Source of the DNA: Zygnema circumcarinatum SAG 698-1b
Taxonomy: Eukaryota > Plantae > Zygnematophyceae
DNA length: 64,000 nucleotides
Direction: 5' to 3'
NCBI GenBank assembly: GCA_037447605.1
Contig: CM074805.1
Location: 3,133,361-3,197,360 of the forward strand
This document shows positions 11,524 through 25,520 of this stretch, piece after piece (the first letter of the stretch is position 1; each line of letters opens with the position of its first letter). The notes beneath the pieces were generated by a model that saw only the letters and a list, made by a program, of their open reading frames with translations, did no database searches and was not told the origin of the DNA. The position numbers and the translations under genes were made by a program.

Positions 11524-14500
11524 ATGGCGGCCGAGGCGCTGCTCCGCCACTGGCCATGGCGGCCGCACCCTCTTCCAGAAGGCGCTGCTTCCCAGCGGAG
11601 GGAGGCTCGCTGCGCATCCGAAGGGGGGCCGCAGGCGAAGCGGGGCACTGCCTTGCGGCAGCAGGGCAAGGCAGGGGCTTTACGGGGCTTGGCGGGGCAG
11701 AGGAGGTGGCCGACAAGGAGGGCGAGTCGTCTCGATGCTGCTTCCGGGGACGCTCCTCCCCCACAGCATCCTCCGCCGCAAGAGCAGGCGACAGCTATTG
11801 CTGAGAGGAAGCGAGGTACGCTCCCGCTCCCTCCTCCTCCTCGTCCACCTTCTACTCGCGCTCTCAGATTCCGTGGGTCAACTCTGTGACAGAGTGTTAT
11901 TTTCTTTTTGTGGAATTAAAAGCTTCTATTTACCCCTCCATGCAGGGACGAGCCTGAGGCCATGGTTGGAGCTCTCTGCTTGGATGTTTGCATTCGGCTT
12001 TGCGCTGGGCCCCCCTTTGGATGGCCTGCACTCTGTGGTGCAGCTGCAAGTGTACGATATTGGCGCCATCACTATTGGGGGGGAGCCCTATGGTCTGCAC
12101 ACGAACATTTGGGTGAGCTGGCTGATCACTTTTTGCTAAGAGTCGAATTCACTTCTTGGGGCAACGAAACCTACCTTAGGTCCTTTGTGACTGGTGGTAT
12201 TCAGCAGGTATAGGAGGAGCCCTCAAAATAATGCTGATACTGTTGTTTTTGTTTGAAAAATGGGCTTGACAGGTCTTTCCTCTTCTTGGAGTATTCTACA
12301 GCATTCTGGGCGTTCTGCAGCTTTTCTTGGATCGCCTCTTGGCGAAGCCGGGTCAACTAAAGAAAGGCTCTTGGACGACAGTGCTGCCGACAATTGGGTG
12401 AGAGGAAGACTGAACTCACTTGCCCCTTCTTCTTCAGCAGGGAATGGGGTTTTCTCCTGCGTCAGTGGATGCATTTATCTGCCCCATTGTACAGTGACCG
12501 CTGGTTGGTTGCACTTACAAGTGCAAAATATAAAAAGCTGGGCGAAATAGTTCCAGTTTAAATTCCCGTGAGTTCCCCTTCCAATCTTCAATAATGGACT
12601 CCCGGTGCTTCATTATTGTTCCGAAATTGCTTGCTTGAACGTTGCTGTTTTCATTCATGAGAACGTTTTTTTTTTACTTTTGTTCCTTCTGTATATTTTA
12701 GTGCGACTTGTGGGTTCCCTCCCTCCCTTTCAAAATGGAAGTCCAAACTCGTCCTATTTCGGGACTGTCCAAGACATCATCGTTCACACATTTTTTAGAG
12801 AAAACGCTATGAAAGAAAGTTGTGCCTCAACAGTCTTCCTTTTTGAAGTGCTTTGCCTTTGTTTGACAGGCAAGGAGTTACGTATATTTCAAAAGATATG
12901 AGAAATTGTAATTACTATAGTGAATTGGTGATTTACTAAATACCCAGCGTACTGTTCAACCATTCCGATGCACATGCACATGTTTGTGGAGCACGGCTGC
13001 TATCCTGGACTACTTGCTTCACTGTAGACTTGACTATTCTTGTCAGACTGTACCACTAAGGAAACTTAAGCTGTTAATAAAGTTACGCCTTTCTAATATG
13101 TGAGGGGAAGTCATAGGCACCTATTCAGCACTGGATACGAATGCTCCATCCGTACAGTATCACCTGAATGCACACGATATTGAAAGGTTTATGCGTTTGA
13201 AACTCATACTAGTTTGCGTATTCCCATGTAAATGGTAATCCGTGTAAGTGGTTCGCTTGTGGACGAACTTCTGAAAAGTTGTCGGTTGATTCTACCTTTT
13301 CCGAATGCAACACTAAACTTCAAATTTTTCGCCAGGGTGGCGACAAATTGCAAGGCAGAATCTATTCAATCGTTGTGGACCTTATGCTTTTGGTTTCCTT
13401 AGATTGCTCAAACTACAAACAGATATGCAAAACTGCTGTGCATCAATTCTGTTGGTGCACACCAGAACTGCCTGCATTCGAATAAGGCTGCATTTTCCAC
13501 AGAGCAAACCATCAGCGGAGTTATCAGCCTTAGCAGCTCTGTGATGGCCTTTACTGGTTATGCATGCTACAAGTGGAAGCCTGGAGCCTTTAGCCTGTAG
13601 ATACACGTTTTGTAACGGAATATTCTCGCATGGACGAGTAGGGCTTGGAGGAAGGTTCCCCTTTCCCTGCAAGTGTGAGAGAGTTTGACATTCACAGGTT
13701 TGATTGGGAGATGTTGGTGGGGATGGCGGTAATACATGTGGTTGTTGCTGGTTATTTTACAGAAATTGTTAAGATTTGAGCACTTTCATCGGTCGTCCAT
13801 GCAATATATTTAAGTTGTTGTTTGCTTTTTTTTCTTTTTTCCTTAATAGTTTCAAACATTTGAGTGATCTGAACTTGTTATTGTTCAAAAAAGTCACGCC
13901 TGCTGTCGAAAGCGCTTCTCTTTTATAGCCCTTTCCCAAATTGCTATAGTTTGATTCCAAATGAAGTTGCTGTGGTCGCTTTGGTGATTTCTAGTAGTCA
14001 GGAATTAGAAGCGTGTCTGAAAGCGATTGGACCCCTTGGAGTTTCAGTATTGGTGGTAAACTTTTTTGCATCCTCCCCGCCCCTCGCTTCACGCGTAATG
14101 ATGCTCCCATGGCTCATGCACTTTGTGAAATAGGTGGACTGGGATTAACCCAAAGCCACTTCTTTCTGTCTGGAAACTTGTGTTTGTACGTGCAGAGTTT
14201 TAATTGGGCTTCTGAGACTCAGTGCTCAGCTCTATGAAAATGAAATTCCGTCCTCGACTGAGTTTGCAATCTTAGCGGTGTGCGCGCATGCGAACTGGTT
14301 CGCATTTGATCGAACGTGGTGGGGATACCTTCTGGCCGCCATTGTGGCTGTGGCTGCACCGGCTTCCGAAATTGTAATTATAAGGCGAGTTCCTGCAGAG
14401 CTGGAGAAGCAGAGGAATGCATCTATGCGTCGTTTTCGTGCAGATGGTTATCGAATATCACAGCATTGATAGATGTCAAGTTTGTATTGCCTTGCAGGTA

Positions 14501-15200
14501 TTTCGGTTTATGGCATTATGTCGAACCAGACCTTTTTTTTGGCAACGAGGTACTTCATGGCTTCCCTTACTTTGGCCTTTTGTTGTGCTCTCTCTCTTCC
14601 CCCCTATCTCCCCCCAGTTTTCCCCCCACCGTGTGGTGTAGAAAGAAAGCAGCGTTTTTATGGGGTTTGAGGAACTCCGTATGGAAAAAGGTGAAGATGA
14701 CTAATCAGGGACATTGGACATGAAACTCTATAAGATGTGCGGAACATATTCTCTTTAAGGCTCCCATTTTCTCTCAGCCGCGATAGGAGGCATAGCTGAA
14801 CAATGGAAAGCACCTTCTTTTGTACTACCTGACACTGAACATGTAGGCAGAAACTCTTGCATCTGCCTTTGCTTTGTTTGGTATAAAGGCGCGAGAAAGG
14901 TAGCTGCTTTCCCATGCATTTAGCAAACTTTAGTGTTGGGATGATGAATGCCGATGCCTTGAAAATTGCCTGAAACCTAAAAGCCTCAATCCTTGGATCT
15001 CCCTTCGGAACCCTGAAACCACCTGTTGGAGAGGCTTATTGTTTTTTTTGTCATGTTCTGGCTGGCAGGGCATTGTGTCGTGGACGGCGTGGTGCTATTT
15101 TTTCTACTCTCAATGGGTGGCCAGCCTGGCAAGGTGTCTTGAAACGTTCCTCCTTCCCCCGGTGCTGTTGAAGGAAGGAGACGGAGAGAACGCTTCGTGA
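11524..15200 (+). CDS. INSIG-domain ('insulin-induced protein') multi-pass membrane protein, probably plastid-targeted; exons 11524-11815, 11946-12112, 12273-12397, 14196-14384, 14498-14549, 15069-15200
   Basis: Motifs FALGPPLDGLHSVVQLQVY..LHTNIW/VFPLLGVFYSILGVLQLFLD/LRLSAQLYENEIP..WFAFDRTWWGYLLAAIVAVAAPASEI/YFGLWHY/GIVSWTAWCYFFY match the plant family I recall as Arabidopsis AT4G01935. Splice phases are consistent with one GC-AG intron. The start codon is uncertain (11437 is also in frame). Confidence 0.85.
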
Positions 15201-15773
15201 CCTAAAGGATGGGGCAATACAGGCGGGATTTTATCACAATTGGCCGAAGGTTGGGGTGGAGCAGCCGAGAGTCAGTTGGAAATAAATGTTCAGATTGTGC
15301 ATATAATAAAGTGTCACTAAGTCTTTATCTACAAGCGGAGGTGAAGGTGCAGGTGAAGATTAGTGCCCACGCTTCAAGAGATGTTTTTTGACACTCGGCT
15401 CAGTGTGTACATTATATGGTGTAGCGGTCGCACTTGTAGCGGGAATTGCAAGACAGCAGTTGAACGAGGGAAGTGAAGGCACGATTTTCAATGCCGACGC
15501 TGTAGAATGGAAAGAATGAATGAATGAATTTTTGAAGCGGCCTCGTGGCAGCCACACCATGTCTCTCGCTCTGCAGACATATGGTGGAACTGCAAACAAG
15601 GAGAGCGAAAGACATCTGTGGAAGGGTGCAGAAGGAGCTCCCATGACGCAGCTGCCAAGCTACCTCAACCAGTGTGAGCCACGTATGTAACCACAGTTTT
15701 CTGATGTTTGGCGTTACGTGTGGGTCAAGCTATTCACGCCATTTGTCGGAGCGCGAGGTTTTTAGGGCTACAT

Positions 15774-15910
15774 TAGGGGGTGTCAGACTTAACGAAATCT
15801 TACGAACAAAAAAGTTTTGTAAGTACTCCGCCGCACCAGGATTGCGATATCACCGAAGTACTCGTTCTGGTCTCAAACTTACGAACAATTTTTAAGTCTG
15901 ACACCCCCTA
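15774..15910. mobile_element. 133-bp MITE (15776-15908) with 17-bp perfect TIRs and TA target-site duplication
   Basis: TA-GGGGGTGTCAGACTTAA ... TTAAGTCTGACACCCCC-TA, with subterminal CTTACGAAC repeats and no coding capacity. It lies between the convergent INSIG-like and MFP 3' ends. Confidence 0.85.
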
Positions 15911-16687
15911 TTGTTGGATTTCATGTTAATATTTTCATGCTCACATGCACATATCCTACGCGTACCGCCCAGAATGTTGGCCTAGAATCAATCATTGTGG
16001 ACCACTTCATATAAATGTCATTACTATTTTGAGTGCCAATAGTTGATACGATGAACAGTACGCCGTGTGTGCTACGATTTCAAGAACGTCCACTTTGAAG
16101 TTCACAAAATAAACGTAGGAGCAACGTTCGGCGTGCTTGCTTTGGCGACCGTGACTGACCTGTGACGACCAAGAACTGTATGCAAGCTTGCGAGTGCTGA
16201 CTGACAGTTTACATGGCTGGTAAGTTGACTATCAACAAATGCAAGTAACGAAAATGATTTCATGGAGAAGGGATCGCACGTCCACCCAAGGAAGGCACAC
16301 CATCCATACATCCTGCGGCTGTGGAGTTCCAGCAACAGCAAACATGCTCGCACTGCAGAACAAGCTTACACGTCCGTCAGAGTGATGGCCCCAACATCAC
16401 AACATTGATGTTCGTACTGAACAACACACCGGCCCAGCCGGATTGAACATTGATCACGTTGGTATTCAAGTCCCAATAGAGGTACACTTGGAAGCCGGCT
16501 GGAGCAGACCAGACCCCATACTCGTTCCGTTCATATTTCCTCTTGGCTTTCTCGCCTGAGGGAGCCAACCCCGAATGTTGTAGGTTGGCTGTGGCACCTT
16601 CCGTTTCCTCGTTGATGACTGCACATTTGGCCCTCCCTCCGCCTCTCGGACGCACTCCGCCCCCTCTCCCAACGATCGCTCTGCAGC

Positions 16688-19600
16688 TTACAGCCTCGAT
16701 CTCGAGGACGAAGCAGAGTCGGACTTGGAAGCACCCTGAATCCAAAAGAGTGTCCACCGAACAAAAAATCAAACACAGACCGACATATCGTTTTCATACC
16801 CCCCAACAGAAGAGTGCAGACATACGCGCTCTACAGTAAATAAATTGAAGAAATGCAGAGAACAAGAAATGGTCTCAACATAACACACAGACACGTATAT
16901 AGTGCACATGTTGTGAATGTGTCCAGTGATAAGCCGCTACATGCATATGCCACGATTAACTGAATATTCAGTCTGCGGCTTCATACCATCTCTCTCCACA
17001 TAGCTGAGATGTCGCCTATCCGTTCACGGGAAAAAAAAAGTGTGCGTTCCAACAGAAGCAAATCCCCAGTACGGAGGGGCAAGGACGTGCAACTCACAAG
17101 TTTCATGCCCTTGGTTGCCCGCTCTTCCAATAACGCGCTCGGTTTAAAAAAGCCGCCATACATTTCTGACCAGGTCTTCAAGCGCTCATAGATCCTCTTG
17201 GGCCCAACAAGATCTGCCCAGAATACAAGCCCGCCCCTGCACTCCAATTCCAAGCCAAGTTAAGTCAACCGATTAGGCAAAAACGACTAGAAAGAAGAGT
17301 CGTCGTATACACAGTTATGCTTATTTTCATGCCAATAGTAACATTTCCCTCAACCCTCCACCCCTAATCCCCACCCACAGCAGAGGCCGCCTGTTCCTGC
17401 CATCATTCACATGGTCCCCTTCCCTTTCCTTTCTGTCTGTCCTCTCTTCGCTGTACCTGTAGGGAGGAAAGCCCATTGCCATGACAGAGGCAATGTCAAG
17501 ATCCGCAGCCCGAACCACCACACCCTCGTCCAGCACTCTACAGGCCTCGTTCACAACAGGGAAAAAGATCATCTCCAAAATATCCTGATTCGTCACTTGC
17601 AACGCCTGCAAATCCACACCATTCCAATTTCAGACTAAGTTCATTAACACGAAAGGTCTATCTCTTCGCTGCAATAATCACTCAGTCAACACAGTCTCCA
17701 GACACAATTTGCCTTCAGCTAAGCTTCCGGAGCGCTCTTCACTTAGCCTCACCCACAACCGTTGTTGCCTTTAACTAAGCTCCCATGCCAGAGAACATTT
17801 GGTGCTTGCCCAACAGCCCATTTTGGATCCTTCGCAGATGAGCGCAGAATACATATTCGTCATGTCCACAACCTAAGCATGGGACATAACAAGGAGATAT
17901 GTATGGCACATTCAAATAACCGTACCTTGCCGTCGGTTATGAGTCCTGCAGCCTTGCGAGATGTGCTCAAGTAGTCTTGCAGTTCTGGCGCAGGAATTGC
18001 CTTGCGCTTGGAATCATACAAATAGAACCCCTTCCCATTCTTTTCACCTGTCCATCCAGCCCAGCCCAAATAATCATTTATTTTTACAAAAACTATCAAT
18101 GAAAAGAAACATGACATTCCATTTATAAAGCAACGCCATACCACTCGGGCTTGAAATCCTCAAAACATTCATTTATGCGATGTCATGTATCCTGGGGCGT
18201 CAAGAAAGCGATAAACCAAAACATTGATGTATATGAATCAGCCTGTTACAAAGTAAAATTTCTGAGTAAATATGGTCAATACCAAAACGCTGGTCTTTTA
18301 GCATGGATGGGATCAGCTGCGTTCCGTACGCCCGATCAGGAAAAGCCTTAAAGAATTGTTCACCAACAGCGACAGCGACTCCCATGCCCACCAGATCCGT
18401 AAGCCTGTTTCGCAAAGAAACACGACAGGCCAGTTGGGTCAAAGATTCCTGATACACTAAGTCACTACTACTTGCCTCCACACATGGAAAGGAGAAATGA
18501 AGTGGTGGAGTGAATCCAAAGGAATATAGTTAAGACTGAACATCCATTCCGTTCTGTCGATTCATTGCAATAACAGTGTTTTCGCATATGGCAGTAAGCA
18601 GAACAAGTATGAACAGGATCCTGCACAATTTCACTGTGTGTATTTAACAAGGACCGGTCAGGCAAAAGGCTCAAGAACCATGATCAGAACAGTCTTGTAT
18701 TCTGTACAGCAGACTGATAAGCAGTCTTTAGTAACTTAAGTTTTTTCTTTCTTTCGTACTCGGCATTTATATTCCCAGCCTCATTGACACAAGGACTATG
18801 TAAAGAACACGACCTTTTTGGTTGCTGACACCTGCATTTCTCTATTCTGAAGACTTGAAAGTGTGCACTACTTTTCAAAGGGAAAAGTAAACTTGGATTC
18901 AAGGATACATCGAGGCCACTAGCTGAGCTTCACGCGCTCACCTGAAGGGGCCCATTGGCATGCCAAAGCCTTTAATGACTTTGTCAATGCGATATGGATC
19001 CACGCCGAGGTCGGCCAACAAGCAAGCAGCCATCGTGTAGGGGAAAAACACACGATTAACGGCGAAACCGGTGCAATTGCCTACAACCACTGGTGTTTTC
19101 TTGATAGCCTTGCCCACGGTCAGCAGGTCAAGAATTACTTGTGGGGATGTCTTCTCCGTCTTCACGATTTCCAATAATGGCATGACATGAGCAGGGCTGT
19201 ATTGCAAAAGGCAGCGCCCAAATTTACGTCAGTGGAGAGAAATGGCAGACAAATTTCCTTGCATTTGCTGCACAAGACCACATAATCGTGAAAAACCTCT
19301 TCACAATACCTCTCTGCCACCTTCACAACATGACAACCTCGCAATATGCATGCACCATGTTGCATTGTTTTGCATTATCCTCTCTAGCATTAATTTGAAG
19401 TACACACATTTTAGCGCTGAGTTACTAACTATCTAAATACATTCCGATGGCAATCAGAAAGTAGGCTTGAGAGAACCCAAAGAGGGTATAAGTCAAACAG
19501 GCACAGAAAAATGAACTGAATAATTGTCCACTATAAAGGTGCAGGTTGAGGCTAATAACAGGTGAGGCCAGGAATCCTATGACAAAAAGTACACGTTAAC

Positions 19601-22600
19601 TGCTAGGATAAAGAGAACAACATTCTGGCTGGGAAGGCAACGTATGGAGAGACCTGAAGAAGTGTGCGCCGATGATGCGATCCTGAGCCCGAGTCTTGGC
19701 ACCTACGACATTCAAGTCGATAGTGGAGGTATTGCTTGACAATACACATGCTGGCGAACAATATTTCTCCAAATCTACAAAAATCTGCTGCTTCAATGGA
19801 ATGTTCTCAATTACTGCCTGCTCACGACGAGTAGACATACAAAAACAGTTTGGAGGAGATTATAGATAAGAAGAAACATCATAAACTCGGAAAGCAACAG
19901 ATGCATTTGCTAGATTTAATAATGTACCATGAGTGCGCAAGCATAGAAGCTTGCTTTTTGTGTAACATTCACACAACTACTTCGATATCTTAATAAACCA
20001 GAAAGTATCTGCTTCACAACCTCCACATAGCGGACACTAAACATAACCTCAGCTAGTCACATGGGTATCTTTAAGTTTGCGTCATATTCAGTGGCACAGT
20101 TCGTCTCACTGAGCAACTGACACTTCCAACTGTGACAACAACTTGCAAAAAACTTCAGGGTGCCACATTGTGCAACAAATTCCTGTCGTCCGAATACGTC
20201 CTTGATATGTGCCCTCCATCGACAATCAACTCTAAAAGGGATATGAAAACACTATACGACACAAAAGCACCTGCTCAAGCACCTGCATAAGGAAGCATTG
20301 TAGACTGTTGAGATTATATAGAAATTAGAAACACTCTGGCTGGCCAAGCAACTCACCTCGATCACCAGATCAACTGAACCAAAGTCATTGTAGTCAAGAG
20401 AACCCGTTACTAGGCTCAAGGTCTTTTTCAGTTGCTCCTGGCTCATGGTCCCCTTTTTCATCTTGCTGTTGAAGTTTGCTGCAACAAAAAGAAACGTCTC
20501 TGGACCTCAGCAGGGTATGCCTTTGCCTGGCTGACAGGCTGAACAATAACATTCAGCTGCCCAGCGGTCCTACAGCCTCGCGGGCTTTCTCAAAGCATAA
20601 TGATTTGGCTCGATGCAGCGACGGGACCGAACATCATTGACTCCTCATGACGGAGCTGGGAGCAACCATTTCCTCAAATTCAGTAGTCGAATTCTACTTC
20701 AGGCACGAGGGACAGGCAAAATGCGAATTTTGAATTTTGAAACAATCATATCCTCTTGTATACATCCACTCACCCTTTACACGATCCAGCCCTTGCTTAA
20801 GGAAATCTTCATTGACCTCCTTGAGAATAACCGGGATGCCAGCTGTGATAAGTGCAGTCACGATTCCAGATCCCATAAGGCCACCTCCGATGACAGCAAC
20901 CCTTTTGATCTGTCGAGGCTGAAGTCCTCTGTCCGTGACTCCTGGCACCTGCACACCCGGTCAATTTCGTTAGGACCATTTCTTATAAAAATAACTGTTA
21001 GGCAAGATTAGGGGGTTAGGGAAGTCAGATGTGTGAGTTGACAACGACAATTCTTCCGCCAATTGATTCAGACAGTGTCAGAAGTCAGATGTGTGAGTTG
21101 ACAACGACAATTCTTCCGCCAATTGATTCAGACAGTGTCAGTGAAAAGTCCACCTCACTTTTTTTCTGGTCAAGTTTAACGCTATCCAGCAATCAAAGCA
21201 GTTGGGATTAACAATTAATTCTGATAGTCTGGCAAGGCCGTGCCGTGAGAAGCCTACAGAACATGCATGCATACTAAACGTCTTCCTAGGATCTTCCTGT
21301 AATTACAAACCATTTAGCGATCGTGCAGAGAACTTTCCGACTTGCACATTTTCCTCAGAACTCCAAGACAGTCCAGCTCATAGAATAAGTCCTTTTAAAT
21401 ATAATAGGTGTTTCCGGAAGATGAGGGAAAAGAAATTATTCTCTCCTAGCCACAGAATTGCAATTCAGTAATGTTCATATATCCTTCTAAATTGGCATGC
21501 TCCTTGTGGCATGCTCCTTGTGCATCACTCTTCGTAATCAGGTCTATCTAATCTGCTTTGCCACAGAATGCAAACAATAAAAAACACTGCTGATTTAACC
21601 GAGATAAATCGAATCTACGAAACCAGTGACAAAAACCTCACCTTAGTAGTCATTCTCTGAGCGAAGAAAATGTGAGTCAACGCCCGGGAGGTATCGGACA
21701 GAACAACCTCCCTGAAGATGGTCTCCTCCTGCAGAAACATGGCCATATAGCAAATGGTCCAAAATTTAGCTACTCCGAACCACTCCCCTCTCTTGAACAT
21801 GGCAGTCACGGGAAGAACTTAAATTCTCCTTTAAGTGTATGAGGCCAGGGATGCCAGTATACCACAATCTGCATCACTAGTAGAAAAAAAACAAATTGGA
21901 TACAAATAGTAGGTTGCTAGCATTAATGAAACAAACGGGTTCTTGCAATTCATCATCCTGAAAGCAATGACATAAGCCTGGCTCTCACCACAAGATTGCC
22001 CTTGTAGCCACCCTCAACCACACCAGCTTCTATCGCATCGAGGCAACTTTGAGGATGTGTCAAATTTGGTGCTGTCTGCTGGGACTGCATTCGGACAAAC
22101 TTCAGTATTTCTCTTGCTTCACCGAGGGGCTCCAACTTATCAGTGCGGTAGAGGGACTGAAGCTTCGGGCGACGTCCGGCAGCAATGTCTAAGGCCCAAG
22201 CTTTAGCAGCGTCACGAAGTCTTGAAGAAGGAACAATTTCGTCCACCAATCCCAGCTCCGCGCCCTCTTCCGCCTTAATCGGCTTCGAGAGCTGGCAGGA
22301 CAAGCCAAGGCATTTATCCTTGTCAAGAGTGTCTTCAGTGAGCTGACTCAGCAGCCATCTCAAGAAAAAATTTGCTTGTAGTTGTCTAATGCCCTATGTC
22401 GCCTCGACATAGACAATAGTAAAATTAAGAGTGCTTGAAGGTATGGATGTGGTGAAAGCTATAAGATTATCCTTTTAAGTATTTACAGGAATATTTTGCT
22501 TACTGACCAGCGACTGACCAACGAATGACCAGACGTAAGTTATAATAAATGAGAATCAGAAATCGTAAACATTAAGAAAAAGACGCACATTCAGAAAATG

Positions 22601-24836
22601 CGTGTTAACAAAGGTTTTGCTGAATAAGAGAAACTCCTAAGATTTGGTCAGCCTCGTACCAGCATCATCTCACAAGCTTTCTGGAGACCAACAAGGCGAG
22701 GAAGGCGTTGTGTTCCTGCGACCAACCAAAGCAATAGAAATTAATACCGCTGAAAGGTGGCTAATTCCATATTGCTGGTCCCCACTAGTAATTATGGTGT
22801 TCTTTACTTTTTTTTGCGAGGCAGAAAAACAGACGTGCGAGTTCTGACCTCCAAAGCCAGGAATAATTCCGAGCTGAAGCTCGGGGAGGCCAAGCTGTGT
22901 CTTTGGAGCTGCCAATCGGGCATGACAAGCCTGCAAAGTGCACCAATGTAACGATCAAATGTAAAAATGAGGCAAGGATTGCATATGCAGGTATAAACAA
23001 TTTTCAAATGGCCCGACCTGATTATTTCTGAAAGTCGATGGTAAACTACAAACTGCATACAGGATCTCAGCAACCGTCCTTATCATCAGCTCAATACACT
23101 TTATCAGCCTAGCAATCAGAATAGGATATAATATTACTCCATTACCATGGCAAGTTCCAGACCACCACCCAGCGCAAGACCCTCCACGGCTGCCACAACG
23201 GGTTTCTGTCCAGCTGGAAAACAGTACACAGCACAACAGCATCGTCACAGCTGCAATGAAGAAACAGAGCTGACGCATTGTGCCTTCACACAACAGTATC
23301 TCACGACACTGAACTTAACTTAGACTCATCCACACATTTTTGGCAAATCGCCTGATTTAGATCATGATAAGTTTTAAAGAATTTAAAAAACTATAAACAA
23401 TAACTTCACGTCAGTGCTTCCCAGTTTAGGACACGACATGCATATTAACATTAAGAGCCTCCTCAGGGAATGCTGTATCACGCCAATTGAGTGTGGGTCA
23501 ACTATCTCCACAACGCCACATTTCCAAAGAAGCTCCAAAATAAAAGCCGTGCATGTATGACGTATCCTCAAACTTTGCCTTTTACTTAATTTCTTCGGTA
23601 CAGACTCAACCTGTGTGGGGATTGGAAAGTCAGATGATCACCTTCAATTGTGTCAATCATCAGTTCCACTGACACACGCATCATGGAGGATAAATCTCCT
23701 GCCAAACACCGCCCCAGGGACAAATATTAGACCAAAAAAAATGTCAGATCCTCCGTTCAGACTTGATATACTAGCAGTATGCATAGGCATTATCTTCCAA
23801 CGTAATAGAAATAAATTATAACAACAACGAAAGGTAACTTGCAAAGGTATCTGCACTCGGATTCTGAACGAATAGCATCAACGCTTCAAAAGGAGAAAAC
23901 CAAAATACTTCCATACCAGACAAAACGACACCTTTTGCTTAAAAAATCAAATACGCAACTAAAGCTACAAACTTCAAGATTTAGCTATCGTACTGAAAAC
24001 ATACGGAAGCAGCTAAAGGGCTGCAATACCAGAAGCTGTACTTCAACTAACGCAGAGTAGGAGATCCCTTCAAAACGATTGACATGGTACCTTTTTCTTG
24101 TACACCAACAATCGCACCAATATCGAATCCTCCAGAAAATTTCCCATTTGTCCCTGAGAGTTAAGTGACTCGAGGTAGGTGTCAGGGCATAAACAGCCAT
24201 TCTTCGCATCACCACCTTGACCGCATTTCAACAAACCTAATCAACTAACAACAGCTTTACGGAATTTAATTAACATTGTGAAATGAGGAGTGCAAAAGAC
24301 AAAAATACTGGGATGATACTATCATGCATGGACAAGTTTAAGTCAAGATTACGCGTGCATAAATTGCTCCACCGCCCGTCAATGAGGCGTCCATGAGGTG
24401 TAAGAAGAAAAAATAAGAGCTCCCAAAAGAGCCATAATGCAACGGGAAAAATTGCATATGGACATACCAGTCACAACAATGGCGCTTACATCGTCTCGTC
24501 TGTGCGCCTCATCAAACCTCACTTTGAGTCCCATCAGTACTGCAAACAAAGTTCAGGAATACAATCATCGTGGAATGGTGATTAGCGACGTCAAAATATC
24601 AGCGTCTTTACACATAATTTCATATTGCGAATCCCTGCCGCCAATCCAGTTCAAAAGGACGCTAGTATCGATATCAGCCAACCAACAAGGGAAACAAAAC
24701 AAATAAACAAACAAACACTCGAATCCAGCATATTCCGGTACTCACCATCAGGCGCCAACGAATTTACAGGCGGGTTGTTGATGCTGATGACTGCGACTCC
24801 GCCCTCCACTGCGAGCCCTACCTTGGAGGTAGCCAT
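16688..24836 (-). CDS. MFP2: Peroxisomal fatty-acid beta-oxidation multifunctional protein (enoyl-CoA hydratase/3-hydroxyacyl-CoA dehydrogenase; MFP2/AIM1 family); multi-exon
   Basis: MATSKVGLAVEGGVAVISINNPPVNSLAPD; KFSGGFDI; PVVAAVEGLALGGGLELAM; LGLPELQLGIIPGFGG; VAVIGGGLMGSGIVTAL; LSSNTSTIDL; IIGAHFFS; PVVVGNCTGFAVNRVFFPY; MAMGFPPYR/GGLVFWAD. The last exon (16735-16688) ends SRSRL*, a PTS1. MFP2 versus AIM1 subclade is not resolved. Confidence 0.95.
21021..21140. repeat. Exact 60-bp tandem duplication in an MFP intron
   Basis: GAAGTCAGATGTGTGAGTTGACAACGACAATTCTTCCGCCAATTGATTCAGACAGTGTCA occurs twice with no mismatch. Confidence 0.95.
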
Positions 24837-25473
24837 GGCTCTTGGTACCTTTCTCCTCTTTCAGCAACCTTCTAGGGCCCTAATCCCCAGCAGACACTGC
24901 CCCTGCAACAAAGCACAGCAGCAAGGCGGCACCTCAAGAGCCTCCACCTGCCTGCAATGCAATGGATGCAAGCCAAGTCCAACAGGGCGAGGACGAGGGC
25001 CAGGGCGAGGGCGGGCCATAGGAAGGTCCCGCAGCAGGGGTGGTCCCACCGGTGCGTCATCCGCGGGGCGGCCCGGGCCGCCACGTCACGCTGACCGGAC
25101 GCGGACGCGCGCGGGCCGGCCCGGGGGGGGGGGGGCGGGGGCCGGCGACTGCCACGTGGCGAAAAGTAACGCGGACGAGGCCACGTGGGCGCGGCGCCCC
25201 GCCGGCTGGGGAAGGCATATCCATCCCCGCTCCGATCGGGCGGGCTTACGTGGCCGCGCGACGCAACGCGACGTGACTTGACGTGACGCTGTGAGGAATG
25301 CACACGGAAACGCTGTGGGGGTACCGCGAAGGGCCGTCCGGAACAGATGGATGGATGCATGGATGCATGGATGCATGCCTGTCGCCGCTTGGTGGAAGGA
25401 AGCGTCCCCGTGGGCGGAAGTGGGGCAGCCGCAGAAACCAACCTGCGAACAGTCCTCACGGCCCGAAGGCTGC

Positions 25474-25504
<31 letters not shown>

Positions 25505-25520
25505 GGTGAGAAGGTACCAC

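Noticed and set aside
12398-14195. Unusually long (1.8 kb) intron of the INSIG-like gene as a host for a nested gene or transposon
   Set aside because: Only short ORFs without motifs; I found no terminal repeats.
16377-16772. 131-aa ORF downstream of the MFP stop
   Set aside because: It overlaps the MFP last exon and 3'UTR in another frame, begins at a non-ATG codon, and has no recognised homology.
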